DNA of 64,000 nt from Octopus sinensis (Eukaryota): contig NC_043004.1 in assembly GCF_006345805.1 (NCBI RefSeq), positions 310,001-374,000 on the forward strand. The letters are read 5' to 3'. A model generated the notes under the pieces. That model did no database searches. It was given only the letters and a program-made list of their open reading frames with translations, and had not been told where the DNA came from. Shown in pieces: positions 1 to 11,805 of the stretch. Position 1 is the first letter of the stretch. The number at the start of each line of letters is the position of its first letter. The position numbers and the translations under genes were made by a program.

Positions 1-1075
1 TGGACAGACCATTCTGGTGCGAGCAAAGTTTCGGATGATGATTCGACTGAAAGAGAGAAGAGGGTCAGTTGGCATTCCTCGACGTCTGAATGTCCACAAG
101 ATATATGATGATGTGTTGAGGAAAGAGCTCCAGACTCGCTTGTCTAGCATTGAAAATACTACAGTATGGGAAGATTTTCGAGACCACGTTCTTCAATTTG
201 CTGCTGAAAGATTGGGATATGCTACTTCCAGACACAGAGGAAAATGATGCTGAAGTTCAGCGACTATTGGTGCTAAAGCGTCGTGCCCACAATGTATTGC
301 TACACAAAGGATTTTCTGCTGTGCAGCGAAATCTAGTACTTGCCCACTATAGCAGTGTAAAATCCCTACTGCAGCGATCTCTCAGGAAGATGCAGAACAC
401 TTGGTGGGAGGATCTTGCTCGTGATGTTCAGGCTGCTGCTGATGCAAATGACAGCAAGAAGCTTTACCAAAAGAGCTCTGCATCAGCTCCTTTGCTTTCC
501 AAGGAGTCTTCCACTCTATTTACTAAACCAACAGAAATCACAGGTTGCTGGATTGAACACTTCTCTGAACTCCTGAACCGTGAGGCAATTGTGAATGAAA
601 CAGTGATGTAACAAAGACCTATCATTGTCTCCTTAAATTCCACGCCCTCAATAGATGAGATAATGACAGAAATAAGTAAAGTGAATCTTGGTAGGGCACC
701 TGGAAGGGATGGAATTTGTGTTGAGGTCTTGCAATTTGGTGGTGATTACATCACACAGTCCCTTCATGGAGGGATGGTGCAATGCCTAAGGACTGGAACG
801 ATACAATTATTCTTCCCCTCTATAAAGAAAAAGGAGCCAGAATAATGTGTGGTAACTACAGAGGTATTGCTCAACTATCAGCTGCTGTCAGGGTTCTGGC
901 AAATATTATTCTTATCCGCCTGAATGGGTGTCTCGTAAATGATATCCTATCTGAATCTCAATGTGGCTTCCGATCTGATAGAGGGGCAATGGATATGATT
1001 TTCGCAGCAAGACAGATGCAGGAGTGCTATAAGCAGAATATGGATCTTGTCCAGGTATTCATTGATTTAAAGATG
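1..1075 (+). mobile_element. Degenerate RTE-clade LINE, linker plus N-terminal half of RT, several frameshifts, truncated at FIDL
   Basis: ORF fragments read WIEHFSELLNR, GRAPGRDGI, PKDWNDTIILPLYKEKG..CGNYRGI, ESQCGFRSDRGAMDMIFAARQMQE..FIDL, which are RTE RT-proximal motifs spread over four frames. Confidence 0.9.
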
Positions 1076-1129
1076 AGGAATTTTGCTCTTAAGGCCACGC
1101 TTTTCAATTGAACAAACTCAAATTGCCAT

Positions 1130-1240
1130 GCAAACTCTTTCAGTTTCCGCCAATCAAATCCACTCTTAAGACTTTGCTCAACCCGAAAACACGTGGTTGA
1201 AAAGCAAGCTCCTTACCACACAGCCGCGCCTGCACCAACT
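1130..1240 (-). mobile_element. SINE family A fragment
   Basis: Reverse complement matches the head/body of the family A copies at 8723 and 50614. Confidence 0.6.
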
Positions 1241-1724
1241 TGAAATAACGCGAAAAATATTTTTATTGTAATGTTTAATGGTGTTTCTGTAGCCCTGTTC
1301 TCCTAACTTTGTTTATAATTTTTGAAATTTGAATAAATTTTAATTCTTTTCAGATATATAATGGCGGAATGCCAAATAAGGAGAGAAAAAAAACGAACGA
1401 ATTTATCTGACAACTGAATACAATAGCCTTAGCTAATAGACAGAGGCTTTCGTACTAAAATCAACTACAGTTGTTTTGAATGTCAATTCAAATAAATGTT
1501 TAACACTGAGCATAATAGAAACTAACGAAAGATAATGATCAACGGGAAAAGAAGCGAAAAATGTCAAGAAATACGTTTATCTCAATGCTGTCAGAGATAG
1601 TGTGAGGAGGGAAGGCGGTGTGATATCAAAAACAGGCTGCAAAATACAAGTAATGCATTCAAATGTCTGTAAACGTTGTGATCACCACGCTGAATTGGTA
1701 ACAAAACAAAACTATAACTATAAC

Positions 1725-1729
1725 TATAA

Positions 1730-1802
<73 letters not shown>

Positions 1803-1952
1803 GTAATGCCCTCTATATAATATAATATAATAATATAATATAATATGATATAATATAATATAATATAATATAATATATTATAATATAATATATTGTAATA
1901 TAATATAATATATTATAATATAATATAATATAAATAATATATATTATATATA

Positions 1953-1984
<32 letters not shown>

Positions 1985-2122
1985 TATATTATATTATATT
2001 ATATTATATTATATTATAAATATTATATTATATTACAATATATTATATTATAAATATTATATTATATTATATATATCATATTATATTATATTATATTATA
2101 TTATATTATATTATATTATATA
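1725..2122. repeat. Compound microsatellite (CT)n-(TA)n-(AATAT)n-(ATATT)n
   Basis: Directly visible; the pentamer arrays switch orientation near 1965. Confidence 0.95.
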
Positions 2123-2552
2123 GAGGGCATTACTATACATAAATGCCACACGCTAGGAGGGACTCTTAAAGTCAAAACTAGTAAAATAAATAAACACATC
2201 GTACCGAAAGCGAGGGAATACAACTCTCGAAGTTAGACGCTTAAAATAAATTCTGCTGCAAATCACATGATTTCATAATTAGTGCAGAAATGCACTTTTT
2301 AATCGTCAGTGCACGCATAATTCAAGATATATAATGAATGAACAAAATCAACATACCATACGAACAACCAATGTATCCAACGTGGCATATAGAAATGTTC
2401 ACCCTTTATACATCTATGTAAATTCTGTTTTTAAGTGGCTGGCTTCGAGAGTTGCATTCCCTCGCTTTCGGTACGATGTGTTTATTTATTTTGGTAGTTT
2501 TGACTTTAAGAGTCCCTCCTAGCGTGTGGCACTTATGTATAGTAATGCCCTC
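2123..2552. mobile_element. Non-autonomous TIR element (MITE/foldback) with about 110-bp inverted arms
   Basis: 2123-2232 (gagggcattactatacat...ctctcgaag) is the reverse complement of 2443-2552 with few mismatches; AT repeats flank it. Confidence 0.8.
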
Positions 2553-2676
2553 AATATAATATGAATAAATATATTTAAGAAAAACTTTGGTGGACTTTTC
2601 TCTTATGAGGTTTTTCACGCTAACTACTTGATAAATTCTTATAAAAATTTAATCGTATTTTTAAACTATATATATT

Positions 2677-2714
<38 letters not shown>

Positions 2715-2844
2715 CATATAGGTACTGTAAGTTTAGAGAGAATACTTGATAAGTGTAAGCACCTGTATATCCTTTGTGTGTGTATATATATATACGACGG
2801 GCTTCTTTCAGTCTCCGCCAAACAGATCCACTCTTAAGGCTTGG

Positions 2845-2978
2845 AGAGCGTAGGCTCGAAATGTAAAAGACTTTTTCATTTTCCCGACCGTCAAACTAAT
2901 ACATCTGCCTGTTGTTCATACACCTGTCTTCGTCTTTTGTTTTTCTATAAATTGCAACTACACACACATACACACACA

Positions 2979-2985
<7 letters not shown>
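2845..2985 (+). mobile_element. Penelope-like terminal remnant with partial hammerhead-like motif
   Basis: gagcgtaggctcgaaatgtaaaagac matches 30019-30045 and is followed by a similar T-rich tail and a microsatellite. Confidence 0.5.
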
Positions 2986-3048
<63 letters not shown>

Positions 3049-3051
<3 letters not shown>

Positions 3052-3390
3052 CATGGCTGTGTGGTAATCTTAGGCAAGTGTCTTCTACTATAACCATGTG
3101 ATCAAGGCAATGTGAGTGGATTTGGTTGGTTGACAGAAACTGAAAGAAACTTGTATATGTGAGTGTTTGTGTGTTTTTGTCTGTCTACCATCGCCGATTG
3201 ACAACCGGTGTTATTGTGTTTACGTTCACGTAGCTTAGCGGTTCGGCAACATGGAACGATAGAATAAGTAATCAGGCTTTCGAATAAGTACAGGGGTCGA
3301 TTTGCTTGACGAAGCTTCTTCAAGACGGTACTCCAGCATGGCCGCAGTCTAAAGGCTGAAGCAAGTAAAAGAATAAGAGGATAAAAGATC
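3049..3390 (+). mobile_element. SINE family A (tRNA-derived), internally deleted
   Basis: ggcaagtgtcttctactata..gtgagtggatttgg..gaaactgaaagaa body and ccagcatggccgcagtc...taaaaga 3' end. Confidence 0.85.
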
Positions 3391-3419
3391 TGGACTCTGC
3401 TGATAATGCAATGCAAGGC

Positions 3420-3870
3420 AAACATTAAGAAACATTTTGTTCAGTATTTCTAGGCATCATCGTTCAATGGCTGCTCTCAATTTGGCGTCGGTTTTGTACG
3501 GTAAACTTTTAAGTGTCCCCATGAAAAAGTCTAGTGGTGTGAGGCCCGGTGAACGCAACGGGTATTCTGCTGAGCCTCTTTGTCTAATCCACCCATTTAA
3601 CTAAATCTCATCGAAATAGACCCTTACATTATTATGGTACTATGCGTGTTCCCCGTCTTGCTGGAAATGAAACTCCACATCTTTGAAGTCCTCCTGAATG
3701 CTTGGCGTAACAGATTGTCGCAACACGCTTAAATGAATAGGACCGCTCAAAGTACAGTCTAAAAAGAAGGTTCCAATTATTCCTTTTGATGATAAGCTGT
3801 TCCATACTGCAACTCCTTGTAATATGTACCTGTGGGTATACATGGGGTTCAGGATGACTTCCGATGGTCA
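3420..3870 (-). mobile_element. IS630-Tc1-mariner transposase catalytic-domain remnant
   Basis: Minus strand reads VAVWNSLSSKGIIGTFF...FHFQQDG, then GWIRQRGSAEYPLRSPGLTPLDFF (compare WPxRSPDLTPLDFFLWG); contains stops and frameshifts. Confidence 0.85.
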
Positions 3871-3904
3871 GTCATCTACATATTATCAGATACTATATAA
3901 TATC

Positions 3905-4065
3905 ATTGAGCTTTTCTGCTTTCCTTTCCGACAAAGAGTTATGCTCGAAACGTCAAAAATTCTCTCTTTTTACTGAGCGTCAAATTAATACATTCCATGT
4001 GCACGTCCTCTTGTTTGTCATTATTATATTTAATGTCTGTTTATTTGATTTGACTATATATATAT
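3905..4065 (+). mobile_element. Penelope-like terminal remnant with hammerhead-like motif
   Basis: ctttccgacaaagagttatgctcgaaacgtcaaaa, then a T-rich tail ending at (TA)n; related to 59041. Confidence 0.5.
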
Positions 4066-4188
4066 ACATATATATATATTCAGGATTATTCAAAAAGAAT
4101 GAACCGAATTCATTACGCAAGGAAAAGCAATAGAAAATTCCGGTTTTATACATATATACATACATACGTACGTACATGCGAATGTACT

Positions 4189-4452
4189 CTGTTGTTGATG
4201 TTGAAATTCCGATGAAGGGACCTTGGATCTAAGTTAGAAACCGGCTCTTTCTCTATTGGCAAGAAGTCTTGAAATAAACTGAATAATGACGTACATACAT
4301 ACATACATACATACATACATACATACATACATACATACATACATACATACCCTGTTGTTGACATTGAAATTCCAATGAAGGACTTGGATCTAGGTTAGAA
4401 ACTGGTTCGTTCTCTATTGGCAAAAAATCTTCAAATGAAACTGAATAATGAC
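4189..4452 (+). repeat. Two direct copies of an about 102-bp unit separated by (ATAC)n
   Basis: 4189-4290 and 4352-4452 align (ctgttgttga...gaataatgac); (ATAC)n lies at 4291-4350. Confidence 0.85.
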
Positions 4453-4719
4453 ATACATAAGACTAAAGAAATGTATCAATTAATTGATACATCAGACTGA
4501 TGACGGAATAAATTTCTCCATTGTAAGCAGATACAATACGCCTTAATTGTATCGAGCGATAACGTGAGTCTCCCGTGGTTATAGTAGACCTTATTATTAA
4601 AAGCGTTCTAAGCCGTGACTATCCCGTCAGTCTATGTACCAAGGTGAAATTGCCCAATGCCCTCTTCATTTTTTTAAGACGATATAATGTGATTCGAGGG
4701 ATATTTGGGCTGCTATTTC

Positions 4720-5135
4720 TTATTTCTTTATTGCCCACAAGGGCCCAAAGATAGAGGGGACTAACAAGGACAGACAAAGGGATTAAGTCGATTACATCGA
4801 CTCCAATGCGTAACTGGTACTTAATTTATCGATCCCGAAAGGATGAAAGGTAAAGTCGACCTCGGCAGAATTTGAACTCAGAACGTAACGGCAGACGAAA
4901 TACCTATTTCTTTACTGCCCACAAGGGGCTAAACACAGAGGGGACAAACAAGGACAGATAAACGGATTAAGTCGATTATATTGACCCCAGTGCGTAACTG
5001 GTACTTAATTTATCGACCCCAAAAGGATGAAAGGCAAAGTCGACCTCAGCGGAATTTGAATTCAGAGCGTAGCGGCAGACGAAATACCGCTAAGCATTTC
5101 GCCCGGCGAGCTAACGTATCTGCCAGTTCGCCACC
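4720..5135 (-). mobile_element. SINE family B head-to-tail dimer
   Basis: Two units with tRNA-like head (ggcgagctggcaga, gagttcaaattcc) and central gtcgactttgcctttcatcctttcggggtcgataaattaagtaccag domain; the left unit lacks the first part of its head. Confidence 0.9.
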
Positions 5136-5169
5136 TTTTGGGTTGCTATTTCTAGCAGGAAGAGGTTCC

Positions 5170-5634
5170 TTCGCTGATTCGGATAAAAGTAGGTGCTGGT
5201 GTTGATGGAAGTGATGGTGACGATGGGTATGCGATAGAGGTGACGGTGATGCTGGTGATGATGGTGGTGTTGGTGGTAATACTGCTGCTGATGCTGTTGG
5301 TGGCGAAGGTGCTGATAACTGGAGACCCCTACTGCTAGGGACCCACATTTTATTAGGATAGCCAAAAAAAAAAAAAAACAAGAAAAAACGAAAGACTAAA
5401 AGGATTTTCTCTTGTGTCGATTAAAGATTAAGTTTACTTAAAATAATACGTGGATAATCGCACGAGTTTCTTATCTCAAATGAAGGGGGCCTTGCTCGCT
5501 ATTATAAACACCGCCCTTGAGATTATCTGATAACAAGCGATAAACACATATCACGACCAGTTTTCGTTGTTGTAATAGCTCCGATACTATAGCTTTTGTT
5601 GTTGTTGTTTTTCTTCTTATTATTATTATTATTA

Positions 5635-5689
<55 letters not shown>

Positions 5690-5824
5690 CCTCCTCTCCT
5701 CCCCCTCTTCCTTCTTCTTCGTCTCTTTTTCTTTTTTCTTTCTGTTCTTTCCCCTTCACTTTCTTCTTTATCCTACTCACACGCCTACTTCTGCTCCTCA
5801 TCATCTTCATCATCATTGACATTG

Positions 5825-5856
<32 letters not shown>

Positions 5857-6160
5857 GTCACCATCGTCATCATCATCAGCAGCAGCAGCAGCATTAACTG
5901 CAGCAGTAGTATCTTATTCTTGTTTTTTACTGCTCTTTCCTCTTCTTATTATCCCCCACGCCCGTTCTCTTCCTAGTCCTTCTCGTTCCCATAATCATTT
6001 ATCTCTTTTCTGCATCCCCTTCCTCCTCTCCTCCTCCTCCTCCTCCGACTCACCATTATCATCATTTATTATCTCCTTCGTCATCTACCTCTTCTTCTTC
6101 ACCTACGACTACTACACGGCGACCACCGCCACGGCCACGGCCACCACCACTCGTTGTTCA
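5170..6160. repeat. Triplet-repeat low-complexity region (GGT/GAT, ATT, CAT, CAG, CCT)
   Basis: Directly visible. Confidence 0.9.
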
Positions 6161-6539
6161 CGACACGACCAATTTCCAGAAAAACAAGGACAATGATGCC
6201 CTTGTCGTTGCCAAAACCAGTCACCATAACTTTCTCCGCTGATCGGTGACTCTTGGATTTTTTAGGCCATGGCAAAAGACTTGTGGTGCCATTCCATGGA
6301 CTGTGTTTCCTTTTCCGCACCATAAACATACGTCTACGTTTTATTTTTTATCATCAGATCCATGAAAAAAAAAAACGCATCTTCATTTGCTTCAGACACT
6401 TCCAGCATATCAGAACAGACTTCTCCACTTCTCCCCATCAAATCGGGTATCCGCTGCCGAGGTACCCACTTTACACACAGTTTCCGTAAGCCAGAATCTT
6501 TCACAGTCTTCTTTTATACGTTGTGACCAGAGCAAAGTT

Positions 6540-6920
6540 AGCCTCGCTGATTGACAGGTGATGGTCTCGTTTAGAGAATGCGGGGGCTAAGACTACGCGC
6601 CTTCATTGGTCAGTTAAACCTGAGACAGTGTCACGCGATAACTTGCTGGGGCTGCCTGCTGGAGCCTAGCGGCAGGTATTTAAAGGGGAATTTGATAAGA
6701 CAGTCAGTCGCCCGCTGACACTCGTTGATGCTACATCAAAGAGGCCAGGGAACAGCAGAAAGAAGAAGACATGCATCCAACACCAGAGCTGAAGACACCT
6801 CCGAAAGGTAGAGGAGTAGGGGCCGAAACCGGACGTGGTTCCTCCTGATGATGTCTTGGGCTAACTGGATCCTATAAAGGAGCTGTTGTGGTAGCAGACC
6901 ACGAAACACGGTTGAAATTC
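6540..6920 (+). promoter_or_regulatory. Candidate retroelement promoter (ATTGG, TATTTAAA, TCAGT) followed by two hammerhead-like cores
   Basis: ATTGG 6605, TATTTAAA 6677-6684, TCAGT 6704-6708; CTGAAGA 6789..GAAAC 6825 and CTGATGA 6845..GAAAC 6903. Confidence 0.35.
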
Positions 6921-7699
6921 CTCCCCGGAGTGCCCAGCAACTTGTGGATTGAAGAGTCGTCGATCCGAGCGAATAAATTCATCTCTCCGTTGACGAGTGG
7001 ATGAATTAGTGTCAGTGGTCAAATATGATGTGTCGGTTGCCAGACACTGAAGCAAGATGAGAGACGTATGAAAATGCATCGGCCGGCCTCTGTGCAAAAA
7101 AGTCTGGCAAGAGCGGAGACGACATTACGCCAGGTTTGTCTTCGATACTCTACGAAGTTGGAGCTAAAAATATGGCTATTTATAATCCTTGTAAGGAGAT
7201 ATATATTTGAGCCTTCTAGAATGATCACGTGAAGTCCGGTTGCTGATTGATCCATAACTCGACCTCTCACATAAACAAGGTGTTGCTATGCTGTGATTTA
7301 AACTTCTCAATTCGACGACTCAGTTTCGAGTCTTGCTACAGTGGTTTTCTACAGTATGATTTGAGTTCATAACTCGTTTAATTTCTTCATTTTTCCGTAC
7401 GCGTTGCTCTTGTCAATGGTGTCGTCTCCGTAAATAGCCCATAACCTTCTGTAGCTGTCGAACAACCAACACATCTTCTTTCACCAAGAACGTTGATTCT
7501 GCTGGAAAACGATTAGGGTGAGAACAGGAAGACGAGTTGCTGTAACAGAAGTTACTGTACTAAAATGCGCAATCATGAACGACCTGTTATGTCAGTTGAT
7601 ACCCATTTTTATATTGCATTCAGTACAAACGTTGTGTGTTTGTATGTGCGAATGCGTGTATATATGCGTGTGTGTGTGTGTGTGCGGGGCATGGTGGGG

Positions 7700-7904
7700 T
7701 GCGAGTCCTCACTCTATTGAAACATTGAGTTCTACAAAAGGCATTTTGTTTCGGCTGAAGACATGTCTGGAACTGGCCAACATCGCCACTATCAACATCA
7801 CCTTCTTCATCATCACTACCACCACAACCACTATCATCATCATCATCATTGCCGCCATCGTCGTTGTCGTCGTCGTCGTCATCATCATCACCATCATCAC
7901 CACC

Positions 7905-7936
<32 letters not shown>

Positions 7937-7974
7937 ATAATTACCATCATCAACATTACGATTAAAATCTCCCC

Positions 7975-8005
<31 letters not shown>

Positions 8006-8300
8006 TCACCATCATCATCATGACCTACATCACCACATCTACTACATTTTTGACATACCTATCTTTCTAAAATCATTATCATCACCACTTTTATCACGAC
8101 CACCATCATCATCCTCATCAGCATCCATACAATCTTCATCATTATCTTCATCATAATCAATTTTAACAACATCATCTTCATCAACACAATCATTACCACC
8201 ACCACCACCACCACCACCACTACCACCCCTATCGTCGTCGTCGTTGTCGTCGTTATTATTGCATTCACTACCACTACTACCATTACCATCATGATAATCA
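7700..8300. repeat. Compound (CAT/CAC/CGT)n triplet microsatellite region
   Basis: Directly visible. Confidence 0.9.
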
Positions 8301-8416
8301 CACCTATCTCCTTTTACACATCATCACACCGGGGTTTTTTTGCATACCTCCGCCAACCTCTATCATAATAACCACCATCCTTACCACACCCATCGTATTG
8401 TACAAATTTATGCATG

Positions 8417-8678
<262 letters not shown>

Positions 8679-8722
8679 ATATATTAATATATATATATAT
8701 ATAATATATAATATTATTATAT

Positions 8723-8872
8723 GCATAGCTTGCTTACGAACCACATGGATCGGGTTCAGTCCCACTGCGTGGCACCTTGGGCAAGTGTCTTCTATTATAA
8801 CCTCGAGCCAGCCAAAGCCTTGTGAGTGGATTTGGTAGAAGGAAATTGAAAGAAGCCTGTCGTGTATGTATG

Positions 8873-8903
<31 letters not shown>

Positions 8904-9165
8904 GTATGTATGTATGCATGTATGTATGTATGCATGTATGTATGTATGTATGTATATGTTTGTGTGTCTGTGTTTGTCCTCCAAACATGGCTTGACAACC
9001 GATGCTTGTGTGTTTACGTCCCCGTCATCTAGCGGTTCGGCAAGAGAAACCAATAGAATAAGTACTAGGTTTACAAAGAATAAGTCCTAGGGTCGATTTG
9101 CTCGACTAAAGGCGGTGCTCCACCATGGCCGCAGTCAAATGACTGAAACAGATAAAAGACAAAAG
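8723..9165 (+). mobile_element. SINE family A, near full length, with internal (TA)/(TATG) expansion
   Basis: B-box-like ggttcagtccc, conserved body, internal microsatellite at about 8862-8957, 3' cagtc-aaat-gactg stem-loop and taaaaga tail. Confidence 0.9.
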
Positions 9166-9223
9166 ATAAAAGATATATATATATATAGATATATATATAT
9201 ATATATATATTATCTATTATATA

Positions 9224-9261
<38 letters not shown>

Positions 9262-9284
9262 TATAGATCTATATATGCATATAT

Positions 9285-9465
9285 GGGTACAGGACGTCAC
9301 AACCGTAAACAACATGAAATACAAAAACAAATGAGTTGAATACGCAAGCAACGAGAGAAACAAATAGAAAACATGACAAGTAACATAAAGAATGACCCTT
9401 CATCAGATGTCAGCTATCCATCTACTCCTCATTTCGAACATTGAACGACATCTATATATATATTT
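9285..9465 (-). mobile_element. Interspersed repeat (family D), probable Penelope-like terminus
   Basis: Reverse complement aligns with 29400-29572; both copies end at (TA)n. Confidence 0.6.
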
Positions 9466-9859
9466 CTTAAACAGGACGTCAAACATTAAGGCAAGGCAAA
9501 CATCTCAAGTAACATACAATATTATTTTTGGAAAAATTCAAAATCTTACAGCTGTTTCTAGGATAGCCCCGAGTATGGGATATTATTCCATCATCAGAGA
9601 CAAATAGAAAATAAATAAGGAAAGTGAGAATGGTATATATTAATGAGATGACGACATAGATGAATATAAGAATATGGAGATGGAAAGAGAGAAGAAAAAA
9701 AGAAGCATAAAAGTTCATAGTTCAACCTTCCGAAGTTATGGAAGCCAAAGCATGTATCTTTAGGTGCAATCCTGCGATATACGCAGTGCTATTATAATGT
9801 AATAGTGTACAACACATGTCCCTCCGGTGATGTCTTCTTTTTTGGTGGTCATTAAATAA

Positions 9860-9966
9860 CACACACACACACATCCCACACAGACAGACAGACACGCAGA
9901 CGGACGCACAGACACGCACACAAATGAATGTATGTATGCATATATGTATACATATAGATAGCTAGC

Positions 9967-10046
<80 letters not shown>

Positions 10047-10227
10047 TATAGACGTAAGGGTGCATGTGTATGCGCGCATGCAAGCGTGCGTGTTTGTATG
10101 TGCATTTATGTGCGTGTATGCATGAGTTTGTACATATGTATGTATGCACTTGTGTGTGTGTGTGAGTGTGCGAGTGTACTTGTGTGTTTGTATATGTATT
10201 TGTGTGTGTGTGTGTGTGTGTGTATGT

Positions 10228-10307
<80 letters not shown>

Positions 10308-10310
10308 CTG
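9860..10310. repeat. Compound microsatellite (CA, GATA, GACA, TG)
   Basis: Directly visible. Confidence 0.95.
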
Positions 10311-11074
10311 TGTGTGACAGGTATAGGTTGCAGTTCGTGTTACATGCATCTCGCTCTTCATCTTGATAAAAGTTCTGAAATTATAATTTACATTTTTGCT
10401 GCGTTAGCCATCAACACAGCGCGGCTCTCCATAGATATGCGTGTGTGTGTGTGTGTGTGTGTGTTTTGTGTTTTGTGTTCGTTTAAGTGTAAGTGTGCGT
10501 GTTAAAGAGAGTATGTGTGTAAAAACAAAGATTAAAGAGAGAGAGCTAGATAAGAGGATTTCGTATGTATGAATACATACATGCTTATATATATATACAA
10601 TATATATATATCTATATATATATATATATATAATATATATATTACATATATATATATATATAGGCACAGGTATGTTTTGTGTGGTAAGAAGTTTCCTTCC
10701 AAACCACACAGATATGTATGATTACAACGGGCCTCTTTCAGTCCTCGCCTACCAAATCCATTCACATGGTCCTAGGTTCAGTGCCACTACATGGCACTTT
10801 GGACAAGTGTCTTTTAGTATAGCTGTCTGAAGTCTTTCATATTGATCCTTTCGTCGCCTCGATGAATAAGAGTTCATCAAGAAACAAACGTACACTGATT
10901 CTAGTTTAATGCAAGTGCCTTGGTTTGCTGAACAGCCGGCATAATGAATATTATTAAAATGAGTTTGTGCAGGGACGACCCCATTCTCTCGTCCTTCAAA
11001 CTCGTATTGGTCGGCTGCAATAAGTATCACAAACCCAGCAGTTAACAGGATGCAGGATGCGAATGGAGTTATAA

Positions 11075-11190
11075 TCCTTGCCTTCATAATCCTTGCCTTC
11101 AATTCATCTTTGGTGTTACAAGGGGTTTTGTTGGTCTCTCATTCACATAGTAATCAAGGGGGTTGCAGTCTGGGAAGCTGTCCAAGAAAG
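11075..11190 (-). mobile_element. Mariner/Tc1 transposase C-terminal fragment
   Basis: Minus strand gives DSFPDCNPLDYYV (compare SPDCNPLDYYVW) and, after a frameshift, TNKTPCNTKDELKARIM. Confidence 0.7.
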
Positions 11191-11805
11191 AGATGGTTAA
11201 CTGCAACATCAGTCGTGATTCTATAAAAGGCAAACTTCTGGGTGAATGCAGATTGATCATCTGGGATGAAGCGACAATGAGCCATAAGGTTTCCTTTGGA
11301 GCTTTTGACATGACCCTTCAGAATCTGAGACACAACACCAGGCTCATGGAAGGTTCCACAGTCTTGCTTGCAAGAGACTTTAGTCAAACCCTTCCCGTGG
11401 TTCCACGGGGAACAAGAGCTGATGAAGTAAATGCCAGCATAAAGTCGTCCTACTTATGGAACAGTTTGCAAAAGCTAAGACTCACAACCACCATGAGAGT
11501 GCAGCTCAGTGGTGATGATGCAGACAGAACCTTTTCAAAGCAACTGTAGAACATCAGTAACAGTGCTTCGGTTGGCGAGAATTATGGCAGGGTAAGCTTG
11601 CTTTTGGGACATGATATCTGATTTAAAGGAACTAATGAACAAGGCGTTTCCTAACCTGAGGGACCAGTTTACATACCACACCTGGCTGAAAACCTCTACC
11701 ATTTTAGCTCCAAAGAATGTGAGAGTTGATGATTTGAACTTCAAACTTCTGGCACACTTGCCAGGTAAGCGTCACATCTACAATCCCATTGATGCTGTAC
11801 TCAAC
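11190..11805 (+). mobile_element. Helitron PIF1-like helicase fragment, decayed
   Basis: CRLIIWDEATMSHK (motif II), LLARDFSQTLPVVPRGTRADEVNASIKSSYLW, LTTTMRV, STILAPKNVRVDDLN. Confidence 0.9.

Noticed and set aside
5046-5381. His/Gln/Pro-rich minus-strand ORFs
   Set aside because: Explained by GGT/GAT/GCT triplets, run into a SINE, and have no convincing acceptor or homology
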